Origin: Eledone cirrhosa
Taxonomy: Eukaryota
Length of the DNA: 64,000 bases
Assembly (NCBI GenBank): GCA_964016885.1
Contig: OZ024756.1
Location: 10,974,001 to 11,038,000, forward strand
Direction: 5' to 3'
The notes under the pieces are model-generated. The model worked only from the letters and a program-made list of their open reading frames with translations. It did no database searches and was not told where the DNA came from. This document shows, piece by piece, positions 25,853 through 38,025 of the stretch (position 1 is its first letter; each line of letters begins with the position of its first letter). Both the position numbers and the translations under genes were made by a program.

Positions 25853-26117
25853 CCATTATCTTTATATATTTCATTATCACATTTCTCCTTTCTCAAACAG
25901 AAATGTTCATCTTTATATTATTGTAAATTATTTAATTAAACATTAAAATCTCTCTAAGTTCATGTTTTTGTTAATAATTTGAGAGGTTTGACAGTTTTCT
26001 TCAAATATTGAAGTGAATGTTTCAGGACTGTTTTACACATTTATTGATATTCACTGAGGTGATTTCAAAATATTCCACTTCTCATCTGACACAAAATATT
26101 TAGATAATAAACAAACT

Positions 26118-26995
26118 CTTTCTTTCTTTTTTTTTTTGATAGATTATTTTATTTTATCTGTTATACATGAATGGCCAGAGCTCAGCTGTCGGGGTCCTAA
26201 CTCTTTTCCTATATTCACTCTACTACCGTAAGTATCGAGTACCTAAATATGGAATGTTACGCGATGGGCCTCCCCACAGCCCCGGCGGACAGGATGGAGA
26301 AGGCGTTCCCATGGAGGACGGCAAGGGAGACGCGCTGGAAAAGCCACTCCAACTCGCGGGGTTCACACCTGCAGCTGGCCAGCTCAGCACCTATGGTGGT
26401 GAGTAAGGCGGTAGCCCTGGGGCCGAGGACACCAGAAGTCTCCACTGCCAGGGGTATGACCATGGAGGACGGCAAGGGAGACGCGCTGGAAAAGCCACTC
26501 CAACTCGCGGGTTTCACACCTGCGGCTGGCCAGCTCAGCGCCTATGGTGGTGAGTAAGGCGGTAGCCCTGGGGCCGAGGACACCAGAAGTCTCCACTGCC
26601 AGGGGTATGACCATGGAGGACGGCAAGGGAGACGCGCTGGAAAAGCCACTCCAACTCGCGGGGTTCACACCTGCAGCTGGCCAGCTCAGCACCTATGGTG
26701 GTGAGTAAGGCGGTAGCCCTGGGGCCGAGGACACCAGAAGTCTCCACTGCCAGGGGTATGACCATGGAGGACGGCAAGGGAGACGCGCTGGAAAAGCCAC
26801 TCCAACTCGCGGGGTTCACACCTGCGGCTGGCCAGCTCAGCGCCTATGGTGGTGAGTAAGGCGGTAGCCCTGGGGCCGAGGACACCAGAAGTCTCCACTG
26901 CCAGGGGTATGACCGCAAACCTGTCGGAGAGCGACTGGTATTTAAGGAGCTTGGCCTCCTCAGCCCGACATGCAGCAGAACCTGGGTCAGTCTTA
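26118..26995 (-). mobile_element. 3' end of a CRE-like non-LTR retrotransposon (restriction-like endonuclease C-terminus, 3'UTR, A-rich tail)
   Basis: Minus strand TDPGSAACRAEEAKLLKYQSLSDRFAVIPLAVETSGVLGPRATALLTTIG...LEWLFQRVSLAVLHGNA* matches the RLE pattern AExxKxxKY / PxAVETxG / QRxSxAxxxGNA. Stop at 26257; T-run at ~26118-26137. Confidence 0.78.
26309..26912. repeat. 151-bp tandem quadruplication inside the RLE coding region
   Basis: ATGGAGGACGGCAAGGG at 26311, 26462, 26613 and 26764. Confidence 0.95.
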
Positions 26996-27096
26996 TTAAG
27001 CTGTCATGGACGACATCGGTTCTGGTTCTTTCAAACAATTGAGAAAATAAACTAACATTTAGTAATATAACTTATGTTCTCATTAAGCTGGTGTTA

Positions 27097-28035
27097 AGGG
27101 AGGTGGATTGGCAGAGTCGGTAGAGCATCGGACACCATGCCTTGTGGCATAGAGTTGCGGCCCCTTATGCTCTAACTTTAAATCCTGTTGAGGTTAGTTT
27201 TGCTTTTCATCCTTTCACACAGTAGGGCCTTTCTGACCTTCTGCCTAGATCAGAAACCATTGGTAGAGGGTCGGACACCATGCTTTGCAGCACAGAGTTA
27301 TGGCCCTTTACGGCTGCCACTCCGTGGCATAACAGGGGTGGTGGAGTGGCAGAACTAGGGGATGGAGTGTCGCTGGTGGAGGCGTAGAACAGGGGGGTGG
27401 GTGGATTAGCAGAATCGGTAAACGGTTGGACACCATGCTTTGCAGCATAGAGTTACACCCCTTTACGATCTGGGTTCAAATCCCACCAAGGTTAACTTTG
27501 CCTTTCCCCCTTACGGGTAATAAAGTAAATATATATTTTCTGTATTTAATCAGGTAATTTCACATATCTTTCCCCCAGAATGTTCTATTTCCTTTTTCAG
27601 TTATTTAAAGACAGTTTTCAATTCCATAAACTAAAATTTTACTTATTCCCAATTTGACAGCAAGTCAAATGTATTAAGACATCTCATTAAATGATGGCGG
27701 CGTCTTCGTCTCAGATAAATATATTCTCTTCAAAGTTGTCATGTCTTCTACAATTTAAATTCATTTTCTGTTACCAAACGTATTAAACAAAGGAATTAAA
27801 GAAAACTATTAATCTGTGGCAACATTATATTAAGGGCTGTTCAAGGGCGGTGAATTGGCAGTATCGGTAGAGGGTTGGACGCCATGCTTTCTAGCATAGT
27901 TACGTCCCTTTACAGTCTGAGTTCAAATCCCGCCGAGGTTAACTTTGCCTTTCATCCTTACGGGGTCGATAAAAATAAAGTACCAGTAATATACTGGGTA
28001 ATTGCTGGCCTTGTGCCAAATGTAGAAACAATTAT
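27097..28035 (+). mobile_element. Cluster of family B SINE copies and fragments
   Basis: Heads at ~27097, ~27260, ~27395 and a complete copy at 27844-28035. Confidence 0.8.
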
Positions 28036-28309
28036 ATTAAGTGCTGTTCATGTTTAACCCTTTAGCATTCACACCGGCTGTATCCGGCCAGAAATGTATC
28101 CCCTCTTTCTGTTCAAACCAGTTGAAACTGGCTGCTTATACTGATGTTAAGGTATTGTTCTCAGAGGGAGGGAGAGATAGAGGGGGAGGGAGGGAGAGAG
28201 AGATAGAGAGAGAGAGATAGAGGAGAGAAGGAGAGAGATTGGTGATCCAGACAAAGGTGTCATTTGTAGTATTATGGATTACCTCCAGGCCGCTGGAAAA
28301 ATGTCTGAG

Positions 28310-29470
28310 GGGGACAATCCCAAATAACATGTAGCACTGACTGGCCAGGGCTCCCGCAGTCAAATAACCCCCCAAATAACATGTAGCACTGACTGGCCAG
28401 GGTTCCCGCAGTCAAATAATCCCCAAATAACATGTAACACTGACTGGTCAGGGCTCCCACAGTCAAATAATCCCCAAATAACATGTAGTACTGACTGACC
28501 AGGGTCCACACAGTCGCATAATGCCATATAACATGTAGCACGGTCTTGTCCGGATCTCCATAGTCACATAATGCCATATAACATGTAGCACTATCTTATC
28601 AGGGTCTCTACAGTCACATAATGCCATATAACATGTAGCACTGTCTTGTCAGGGTTTCCACAGTCACATAATCCCAAATAACATGTAGCACTGTCTTCTC
28701 AGGGACCACACAGTCACATAATGCCAAATAACATGTAGCACTGTCTTGTTAGGGTTTCCACAGTCACATAATGCCATATAACATGTAGCACTGTCTTCTC
28801 AGGGACCACACAGTCACATAATGCCATATAACATGTAGCACGGTCTTGTCCGGATCTCCATAGTCACATAATGCCATATAACATGTAGCACTATCTTATC
28901 AGGGTCTCTACAGTCACATAATGCCATATAACATGTAGCACTGTCTTGTCAGGGTTTCCACAGTCACATAATCCCAAATAACATGTAGCACTGTCTTCTC
29001 AGGGACCACACAGTCACATAATGCCAAATAACATGTAGCACTGTCTTGTTAGGGTTTCCACAGTCACATAATGCCATATAACATGTAGCACTGTCTTCTC
29101 AGGGACCACACAGTCACATAATGCCATATAACATGTAGCACTGTCTTCTCAGGGACCCCCACAGTCACATAATGCCATTTAACATGTAGCACTGTCTTGT
29201 CAGGCTTTCCACAATCACATTATCCCAAATAACATGTAGCACAGTCTTGTCAGGGTTCCCACAGTCACATAATCCCCAAATAACATGTAGCACTGTCTTA
29301 CCAGGGTTCCCAGTCACTTAATCCCCAAATAACATGTAGCACTGTCTTACCAGGGTTCCCAGTCACTTAATCCCCAAATAACATGTAGCACTGTCTTCTC
29401 GGGGACCACACAGTCACATAATCCCATATAACATGTAGCACTGTCTTACCAGGGTCTCTACAGTCACAAG
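28310..29470. repeat. 50-bp minisatellite (~23 units) with a 300-bp higher-order duplication
   Basis: Unit ATAACATGTAGCACTGTCTTGTCAGGGTTTCCACAGTCACATAATGCCAT; 28531-28830 is repeated at 28831-29130. Confidence 0.93.
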
Positions 29471-29992
29471 CACTATATAGTGTTCCACCTGTTTACTTAC
29501 CTCTAAAAGTTCATGGTGTAGTAAGAAATGTCTATTTTAGTGTTGTATTGTAATTTAATTTAGTGTAGCACCTCATTTTAAAGAGAATATCGAGCCAAGA
29601 ATATAACTACGAGTGTACAAGCCTCTTTTCACCTGCTAGAAGCAGCAGCTAAATCTCCTTCATATTATAGCCCATCTAAATGATATGTTCTAAGGCTGTG
29701 TGCAGTACAGTTGCAACTGGAATACCTTTGATTATAGGTCTGCTGAAACAGACTTGGGGACTAAACTACAACAACAGCAACAACATCATCAAGTGACCAA
29801 AGTTTACTATTGGAAGGATGAAAGTTATAACTCATTCTAGAATTAAATTGGTCATATTACATTGGTCATTTGATTTATTTTCTTCCATCCTTCCCAGATT
29901 CCTGCTTCATAGATGGAATCTTTCTGCTTTTATATTCAATTTACAATAATAGTTTATGCATTTTGCTATATATTTATATATATATACACACG

Positions 29993-30024
<32 letters not shown>

Positions 30025-31184
30025 CACACACATACATATATATATACATAGATAGATATACACACATACACACATACATACATATATATATATAGATAGA
30101 TATATATATACACACACATACATATATATATATATATATTAGCATTAATGTTTTTCCCTGGCAATAGTAACCAACTATATCATTAGAGTTAAGAATTTGG
30201 TTTTATCAACTTTTTAAAGTGGAATTTAGTCTCGTAACGCAGGAAAAATATTTAATGTCTGCCAGGAGTTAATATTACCCATTTTGATTATGGTTTCCGA
30301 TAGCTGTTTCTTTGAACGGGGGCAGTTTTATATAGAGTAATGGTTCCAATGTTGGTCTAATACTGGCTTAGATTAACTCTTATTGATTATTACAGTTTGT
30401 TTAAAATCTGGTTATTTCACAGTAAAGATTAGATTTAGAGAGGAAGAGGAACTCCATGAATGATCAAGCTAGGGCTTTTATAGCTAGACTTTTATGGGAA
30501 TGTATATAATCAGAAATACCATTGAATTATAGTGTATGTTGAGGTGGGGGGGGGGGGGGGTAGGTCATATTACCTTCACATGCACCTATATAATTGAATA
30601 AAATAATATTTCAGTACTCACCAATGGTAACAAAAATTTCATTAGGTAAACTGAAAAATGTACTTTCTTAGCTACACAACAAAATATTTTTTCTGGTTCA
30701 AAGTGGTGGGGATGATGGTGGTGGTAATGGTGGTGGTGGTAGTGTGGGGGGGGGCAGTAGTCGGGGTAGAGGGGGGGGGGGGTAATGGAGGTGGTGGTGG
30801 TGGTGGAGGATAGTGATGGGGGGGGGGGGGGTAATGGTGGTGGAGGTGATGGTGGTGGTGGTGGTAATGGTGGTGGTGGTAGTAGTGGGGGGGTAATGGT
30901 GGTGGTGGTGGTAGTAGAGGTGGTGGTGATGGTGGTGGTGGTGATGGTGGTAGTGATGATGGTGGTGATGGTCGTAATGGTGGTGGTGATAATGGGGTGC
31001 TGGTGGTGATGGTTGTGATGGTGGTGGTGGTAATGGTGGTGATATTACAGTTAAGCAAATCCTCCCCGCGTCTATAACTGGTACTTATTTTCTCTACTTC
31101 ATTGAGTTGAGGGTTTTTTTCTAAAGCCAAAGTTTTATGGGAATACATATAACCCCAAATACTAGTGAATTACAACATATCGTG

Positions 31185-31512
31185 AAGGCTTAGTGGTTCG
31201 AGCAGTGGGCTGGCAAACGGAAGGTTGTCAGTTAGATTCTTGGACCAGGTGATGTATTGCGTCCTTGAGCAAGACACTTTACTTCATGTTGCTCCAGTTT
31301 ACTCAGCTGTAGAAATGAGTTGCGACGTCACTGGTGACAAGCTGTAGTGTCCATAGCTTTTCCCTTGGACAACATCGGTGAAAGGAGAGACTGATATACA
31401 TGGGTGACTGCTGGTCTTCCACAAACAACCTTACCTGGACTTGAGGAGCCTCGGAGAGAAACTTTCTAAGGGCAAATCCATGGTCATTCGTGACTGAAGG
31501 GGGTCTTTACTT
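31185..31512 (+). mobile_element. tRNA-derived SINE (family C): family A head and core with a different 3' half
   Basis: GGCTTAGTGGTT head; CCTTGAGCAAGACACTTTACTTCATGTTGCTCCAGTTTACTCAGCTGTAGAAATGAG core; then an unrelated tail ending GAAGGGGGTCTTTACTTT. Confidence 0.7.
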
Positions 31513-31856
31513 TTTGTTACAACATGGTGGTTGTAGTGGTGGCGGTGATGATGGTAGTGGTGGTGGTGGTGGTGGTGGTGGCGGTGGTGGTGGTGATGGC
31601 AGTGGTGATGATGGTGGTGGTGATGGCAGTGGTGATGATGGTGGTGGTTGAGGTGGTTGTAGTGGTGGTGGTTGTGGTTGTAGTGGTGGTGTTGGTGGTG
31701 GTAGTAGTGGTGGTGGTAGTAGCGGTGGTGGTGGTGGTGGTTTTATTATAAGCATCAAACAACATGCTTTTCAGTATAGAGTTACATCCCTTTATGTTCT
31801 GTATTCAAATCCAACCTAGGTTAGCCTTACCTTTCATCCTTATAGGGTCAATAAAT

Positions 31857-32665
31857 TGCTGCTGCGAAGACATCAGGCTCGGCCTTGTAGACCTCAGCTG
31901 GAACGCCATCCTCGCCCGGCGCCTTGTTGTTCCGGAGATGCGTCAGGACACCACGTAGCTTCTCGACTGTTGGAGGGGCAGTGCTGCACCCTATTCTTCT
32001 CCGGAAGGCTGCACGTAGGTTGGCGTGGATGGTGGCGGGTGGTTGAGCAGTTCGGAGAAATCGTCCCGCCATCGGACTAGCCGGTCATTAAGATTGGTAA
32101 TGACCACCCCGTTCCGATCACGGATCATCTCGCTGATACCCGTACTGCTTCGGCTGGCCTGCTTCACCAGTTGGTAGAGCTTGCGCGAGTCACCATAGGC
32201 GCTGCTGCCTTCTCCATCTGCTCCGCAAACTCGCGCCAGTGTGCATTCCGATCGGCCCGAATAGCCCGAGATGTGCGACGTCGCAGATCTCGAAGATTGG
32301 GTGCACCCTCGAGTCGGGCCACGCTCCCCCTCTCCACGAGTTCAAGAGTGCCGTCGGACATCCAGTCCCGACGGCGTCTTCGGGCCGACCCGAGATGCTC
32401 CCTGGCCACCCCAACCATTTCCGCCCTGAGCGCGTTCCACTTCTGCTCCAGTTGCTGTTCCTCTTCGTTACTCAGCATTTGGAATCGGTTTTGCAGCTCT
32501 AGCCGGAAAGCATTTCCAGCATCGAGCTTGAGTGTCGAGATATCGATCCTTTTCTGGCGGTTGGGAGGAGGTTTCGCCTGCAGCCACAGACGAAGGGTTG
32601 CTCGAACAAGAGTATGGTCTGACCCATGCTCACTGCCTGTATCAGCCCCCCCGATACGCACGCGA
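31857..32665 (-). pseudogene. RTE LINE, inverted 5' segment (end of APE domain, linker, RT domain 0)
   Basis: GADTGSEHGSDHTLVRATLRL...FRLELQNRF...LRNNKAPGEDGVPAEVYK. Confidence 0.88.
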
Positions 32666-32700
32666 GTCCATCACTGAGGAGGAGGGGTTGGAGTTTAGGT

Positions 32701-33632
32701 TGGCTCCATTGAGTCTTCTCCTCGGTGTGGGCGACGGAACGGTTCCCTGGTGCCTGGACTGAGGCAACTCTCCTACCCTTCTTCAAAAAGGGTGACAGGA
32801 AACTATGTTCTAACTACATGGGTATCAGTTTAATTGACGTTGCTGCCAAGACCTTCGCAATTCTTCTGCTGAAGAGTTTCCAGGCCATCCGTGATGTCTG
32901 TACCCGTCCTTCTCAGGGCTGCTTCCGTCCGGGGAGGGGGTGCGTTGATCAAATCTTCATTCTCCGGCGTGTCCTGAAACAACGGTGGGCACATCAACAG
33001 CCTACCGTCCTCTGCTTCATCGACTTTGCAACTGCCTTCGACTCAGTAGATCGAGAAGCCCTATGGCGTATAATGCAGGCGGACGGCATCCCAGTGAAGC
33101 TGCTTCGTCTCATAAAAGGCTACTACCGGTCGACTCTAGCTCGAGTGAGGGTCTATATTGGGGAGACGTTCGATGTTGGAACCGGTGTTCAGCAGAGGTG
33201 TGCGCTATCGCCAACTCTCTTTAACTACGCCATTGACTACACTCTCAACACAGCACTCCGGGATTACCTGGGTGTAGAGGTCGAGAGAGGGGTCATGGTG
33301 ACGGACCTGGCCTACGCGGATGACATCGTGCTGATGGGCACTAATGGGACAGATGTACAAGGTGCTCTCGAAAGGGTGCACACTGCAGCCGCCGCTGTTG
33401 GTCTACGAATCAATGCCGCCAAGTCGAAAGTCATGACCTCACTGGTCTCGCCTGATGCCTGGCAGCCAATATCTCTCGAGGGCGTGGACTTGGAGGATGT
33501 TGAGTCCTTCGTTTACCTGGGCTCAACAGTGGTTCCAACGGGACAGGGCGCAGCCGAGGTCAAGCGTCACATAGGTGCTGCCAGATCTGCTTTTGGGCAC
33601 CTCCAGCGGTGTCTGTGGGACAGAAGAGAGTT
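32701..33632 (+). pseudogene. RTE LINE reverse transcriptase core, 3'-truncated
   Basis: LPFFKKGD...NYMGISL, QGCFRPGRGCVDQIF, FIDFATAFDSVDR, LSPTLFN, LAYADDI, GLRINAAKSK, FVYLGS. Confidence 0.92.
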
Positions 33633-33647
33633 TTAAAGTGTTTTCTT

Positions 33648-34475
33648 TGTTTTTATTTACCTCACAATTATCTGTTTTTATTTACCTCACAATTATTTGT
33701 TTTTATCTACCTCACAATTATCTGTTTTTATTTACCTCACAATTATCTGTTTTTATTTACCTCACAATTATCTGTTTTTATCTACCTTACAATTATCTGT
33801 TTTTATTTACCTCACAATTATCTGTTTTTATTTACCTCACAATTATCTGTTTTTATCTACCTTACAATTATCTGTTTTTATTTACCTCACAATTATCTGT
33901 TTTTATTTACCTCACAATTATCTGTTTTTATTTACCTCACAATTATCTGTTTTTATTTACCTCACAATTATCTGTTTTTATCTACCTTACAATTATCTGT
34001 TTTTATTTACCTCACAATTATCTGTTTTTATTTACCTCACAATTATCTGTTTTTATTTACCTCACAATTATCTGTTTTTATCTACCTCACAATTATCTGT
34101 TTTTATTTACCTCACAATTATCTGTTTTTATTTACCTCACAATTATCTGTTTTTATCTACCTCACAATTATCTGTTTTTATTTACCTCACAATTATCTGT
34201 TTTTATTTACCTCACAATTATCTGTTTTTATCTACCTCACAATTATCTGTTTTTATTTACCTCACAATTATCTGTTTTTATCTACCTCACAATTATCTGT
34301 TTTTATCTACCTCACAATTATCTGTTTTTATTTACCTCACAATTATCTGTTTTTATTTACCTCACAATTATCTGTTTTTATTTACCTCACAATTATCTGT
34401 TTTTATCTACCTCACAATTATCTGTTTTTATTTACCTCACAATTATCTGTTTTTATTTACCTCACAATTATCTGT
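33648..34475. repeat. 25-bp minisatellite (~33 units)
   Basis: Unit TATCTGTTTTTATYTACCTCACAAT. Confidence 0.95.
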
Positions 34476-34639
34476 TCGTTCAGTTTTAAAGTTTTTAATA
34501 TGAAGTTTTTGGCTTCCTTGAAAACCAAGGACAGTTTTTTTGTTTTTGTTTCTTTTTTCGTGTTTCATGGCTATTTGTATTAGTTTTCCTTTGTTTTTTA
34601 TTAGCTATTTTTGTAGTCCTACAGTAGTTATTTTATAAG

Positions 34640-35285
34640 AGTTTCCTAGTTGCATAAGGCCCCTTTCTCCTTGTTTTCTTGGTAACTATAATCTTTCTAC
34701 GTCTGATCTTAGATGGTGTGTTCTAAATGCAGTCATTATTTCTCTTGTTTCTTCGGACGCCATGCTTTCCAGCATAGTTACGTCCCTTTACGATCTGAGT
34801 TCAAATCCCGCCGAGGTTGACTTTGCCTTTCATCCTTACGGGGGTCGATAAAATAAAGTAGCAGTAATGTACTGGGTAATTGCTGGCCTTGTGCCTAAAG
34901 TAGAAACAATTATTTCTCTTGTTTCTCTATCTAATCCAGCTAGTTCTTTTAGTGTCCAGTTCAGAATATTAAAGCTGTAGCTCATTACTGGGATTGTTAA
35001 CGTGCTGATGCCAATCACCTTATTCTTTACATTTAGTTCAGTTTTGAGTATTAACCTAATTCTTCTGTTGTATTATTTTCTAATCTTTTCTTTCATCTGT
35101 GTGTGTTGAATCTTATCTAGTTTGTTGATTCCTAAGTATTTGTATGTCTGAGTTTGATCTAGTTCACTTATTTCCGTTTCTTTATCTAACATGATATTAT
35201 TGCTTTTCACTAGTTTCCCTCTCTTCAGAGTTGCCTTAGTACAATTTTTTAATCCAAATTTCATACCTATTTCTTTTGTGAATCC
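34640..35285 (-). pseudogene. R4/Dong-like non-LTR RT C-terminal fragment interrupted by a SINE
   Basis: GMKFGLKNCTK...YKYLGI...KTELNVKNKVIGISTLTIPVMSYSFNILNWTLKELAGLDRETR...HLRSDVER. Confidence 0.72.
34753..34908 (+). mobile_element. 5'-truncated family B SINE with an 18-bp TSD
   Basis: TSD ATTATTTCTCTTGTTTCT at 34735-34752 and 34909-34926. Confidence 0.92.
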
Positions 35286-36078
35286 ATGTACAGAATTTCA
35301 TAGAAAGAAATTGTGCCAAAATCTGTCAACAACAACAACAAGTTTACCACTATCCCCCATCACTACCATCAAAATGGTTTCTAATTTAAGCACAGTACAG
35401 TCATAGTGCTGCTTGTTACTTTTCAATGATGTCTTATTAATGTGATTTCATGTGATTTGTTAATTCAAATGTTTATAAAACTTTTTAATATTGGACAGGT
35501 TTGCAGTATGAGAGAAAAGACTTCATTTTTGTTTCATGTGATACAGTTATAATAGTATTGTTGTTTTTTTTTGTACTTTTCTAGAATGTCTTGCTAATGT
35601 GGTTTCATACAGTACAGGACATTAAACAGTAATGAAACCACCCTACCACGATTACCACCACTTTACACAGTTTAACTACATGTAGACATCACATCACCTT
35701 GTCATAATCATTGTATGTGTGAAATTCTTCACCAGCAACAATGTCTCATAATATTACTGTAGCAAGCTACTTAAAACTGCTAAAATACAAGACAATCTCA
35801 TAGAAACAATAGAATTTTATTATTTGCTATCAACATACTTGACAACAGCAAACAATAGCCATTAATATATATTTTATGTTTAGAAAATTTAAACAATTTT
35901 TTAACATATTTTTAGTTTTGTTTTATTTTTTCTGCTAAAGTACATATTAAGGCTGCAAATATAGTTATTATTGGGTGTGTTGGTGTAATTGGTCTAGCAC
36001 AGTTATTACAAATATAAGAGGTCATCATCATCATCATCATCGTCGTTTAACGTCCATCTTCCACGCTTGCATGGGTTC

Positions 36079-38025
36079 GCGGAAAAAGTAATAGCGCAAC
36101 TAATCAGAGAGAGAATTGATCTAGATGAAATGCAGTTCAGGTTTGTGTCAGGCAAAAGTACCACAGACGCTCTTTTCATTGTATGACAACTACAGGAGAA
36201 GTACCTAGCTAAAAGTAAACCCCTATACTTAGCTTTTGTTGACTTGGAGAAAGCCTTCGACGGAAAAAGTAATAGCGCAACTAATCAGAGAGAGAATTGA
36301 TCTAGATGAAATGCAGTTCGGGTTTGTGTCAGGTAAAAGTACCACAGACGCTCTATTCATTGTACGACAACTGCAGGACAGGTACCTAGCTAAAAGTAAA
36401 CCCCTATACTTAGCTTTTGTTGACTTGGAGAAAGCCTTCGACAGAGTCCGCCGTTCCATTATATGGTGGGCTCTTAGAAAACTAGGTGTTGACGAATGGC
36501 TTGTGAGAGCTATACAAGCCATGTATAAAGAAACAGTCAGCAAGGTTAGAATTAACAACGAATATAGTGAAGAGTTTAGTGTAAAAGTTGGTGTTCATCA
36601 GGGTTCTGTTCTTAGCCCCCTTACTATTTATTATTGCCCTTCAGGCTATAACAGTGGAGTTCAAGACCGGCTGCCCATGGGAACTCCTATACGTAGATGA
36701 TCTAACGCTCATAGCTGAATCAATGGCCGAGCTAGAGAAGAAATTCCAAACATGGAAGCACGGCCTAGAATCAAAGGGCCTTAAAATTAACCTGGCTAAG
36801 ACTAAAGTTCTAGTTTGTAGGAAAGAAAATAAGGCGCCGGTCCCTTCCGGGAAATGGCCATGCTCAGTGTGTAGGAAAGGCGTAGGTAGAAACTCCATTT
36901 TATGTCCCAAATGCAAAGTATGGGTGCATAAAAGATGTAGTGGGATCACAGGTAAGCTAACTAAGAACATAGATTTTACATGTGGCCGGTGCTCTGGTGC
37001 AATAAGTAGCAGCAAGTGCCCACAAAATACTAGCTCTTTCAATTGCGCAGAGGGTTCTATAGAAATAGTGGACAGCTTCCGTTACCTGGGTGACAAAATC
37101 AGCAGTGGGGGAGGGTGCTCTGAAAGTACAGTAGCTAGAGTCAGAACTGGATGGAAAAAGTTCAGAGAGCTTATATCACTATTAGCCGCTAAAGGGTTCT
37201 CCCTAAAAAGGAAAGGCAGGTTGTATGATGCCTGCATACGAACAGCAATGTTGCATGGCACTGAGGCCTGGGCATTGTGTGCAGAGGATATACGCAGACT
37301 AGAGAGGAACGAAGCTTGCATGCTCCGCTGGATGTGTAATAGTAATATACGTGAACGGCAAAGCATAAACGAACTAAGGGAAAAATTAGAAATAAGAGGG
37401 ATCAGATGTTGTTTACTCGAGAGAAGGCTACGTTGATATGGTCACGTGATGCGCATGAAAGACGACAGCTGTATAAAAAAGTGCAGGGCAATAAAGATAG
37501 ACGGTAGCCACGGAGTAGGCAGACCCAGAAAAACCTGGGACGACCTGATAAATTCCGACCTCACACACTTACACCTCACCAAGACAATGTCACTGGACCG
37601 AGACCTTTGGCGGTACTCAGTAATAGAGAAGACCCGCCTTACCTAAATACAAAGTAAAACCTACTACAGTCAGTAGGCATCTCTAACAAAAATACACCTC
37701 CGTCCCACTACCCCCACCCCATCCACACCACCCCTTTCAATGTAAAGTTACGTTGGTGCCACAACATCCATGCCGAATCAAATGAGATCGTGTAGGTGTC
37801 ACGACAAACACACAGTCCACGCTGTAATGTGGCCGTGTAGGCAACACGGTAAAAACCTCCCAGTCCCACACTGTAAATGTGGTTGGTGTTAGGAAGGGCA
37901 TCCAGCTGTAGAAAACCCGCCAGACAGTCCTATGCGGGCAAGACAACCACTCTTGCCTCAAGTGGGAAAACTCCCGTCCAAACCTATGCAAGCGTGGAAC
38001 ATGGACGTTAAACGATAATGATGAT
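36079..38025 (+). mobile_element. RTE-clade LINE, 5'-truncated, RT with embedded PHD-type finger, 3'UTR and (GAT)n tail
   Basis: MQFGFVSGKSTTDA, FVDLEKAFDRV, GVHQGSVLSP, LLYVDDL, GLKINLAKTK, [C4HC3 finger], DSFRYLG, GRPRKTW. The UTR carries the V-like SINE domain. Frameshift at ~36620 and stop at ~37435. Confidence 0.92.

Noticed and set aside
33575-34583. Hydrophobic 270-320 aa ORFs
   Set aside because: Artefact of the 25-bp minisatellite.
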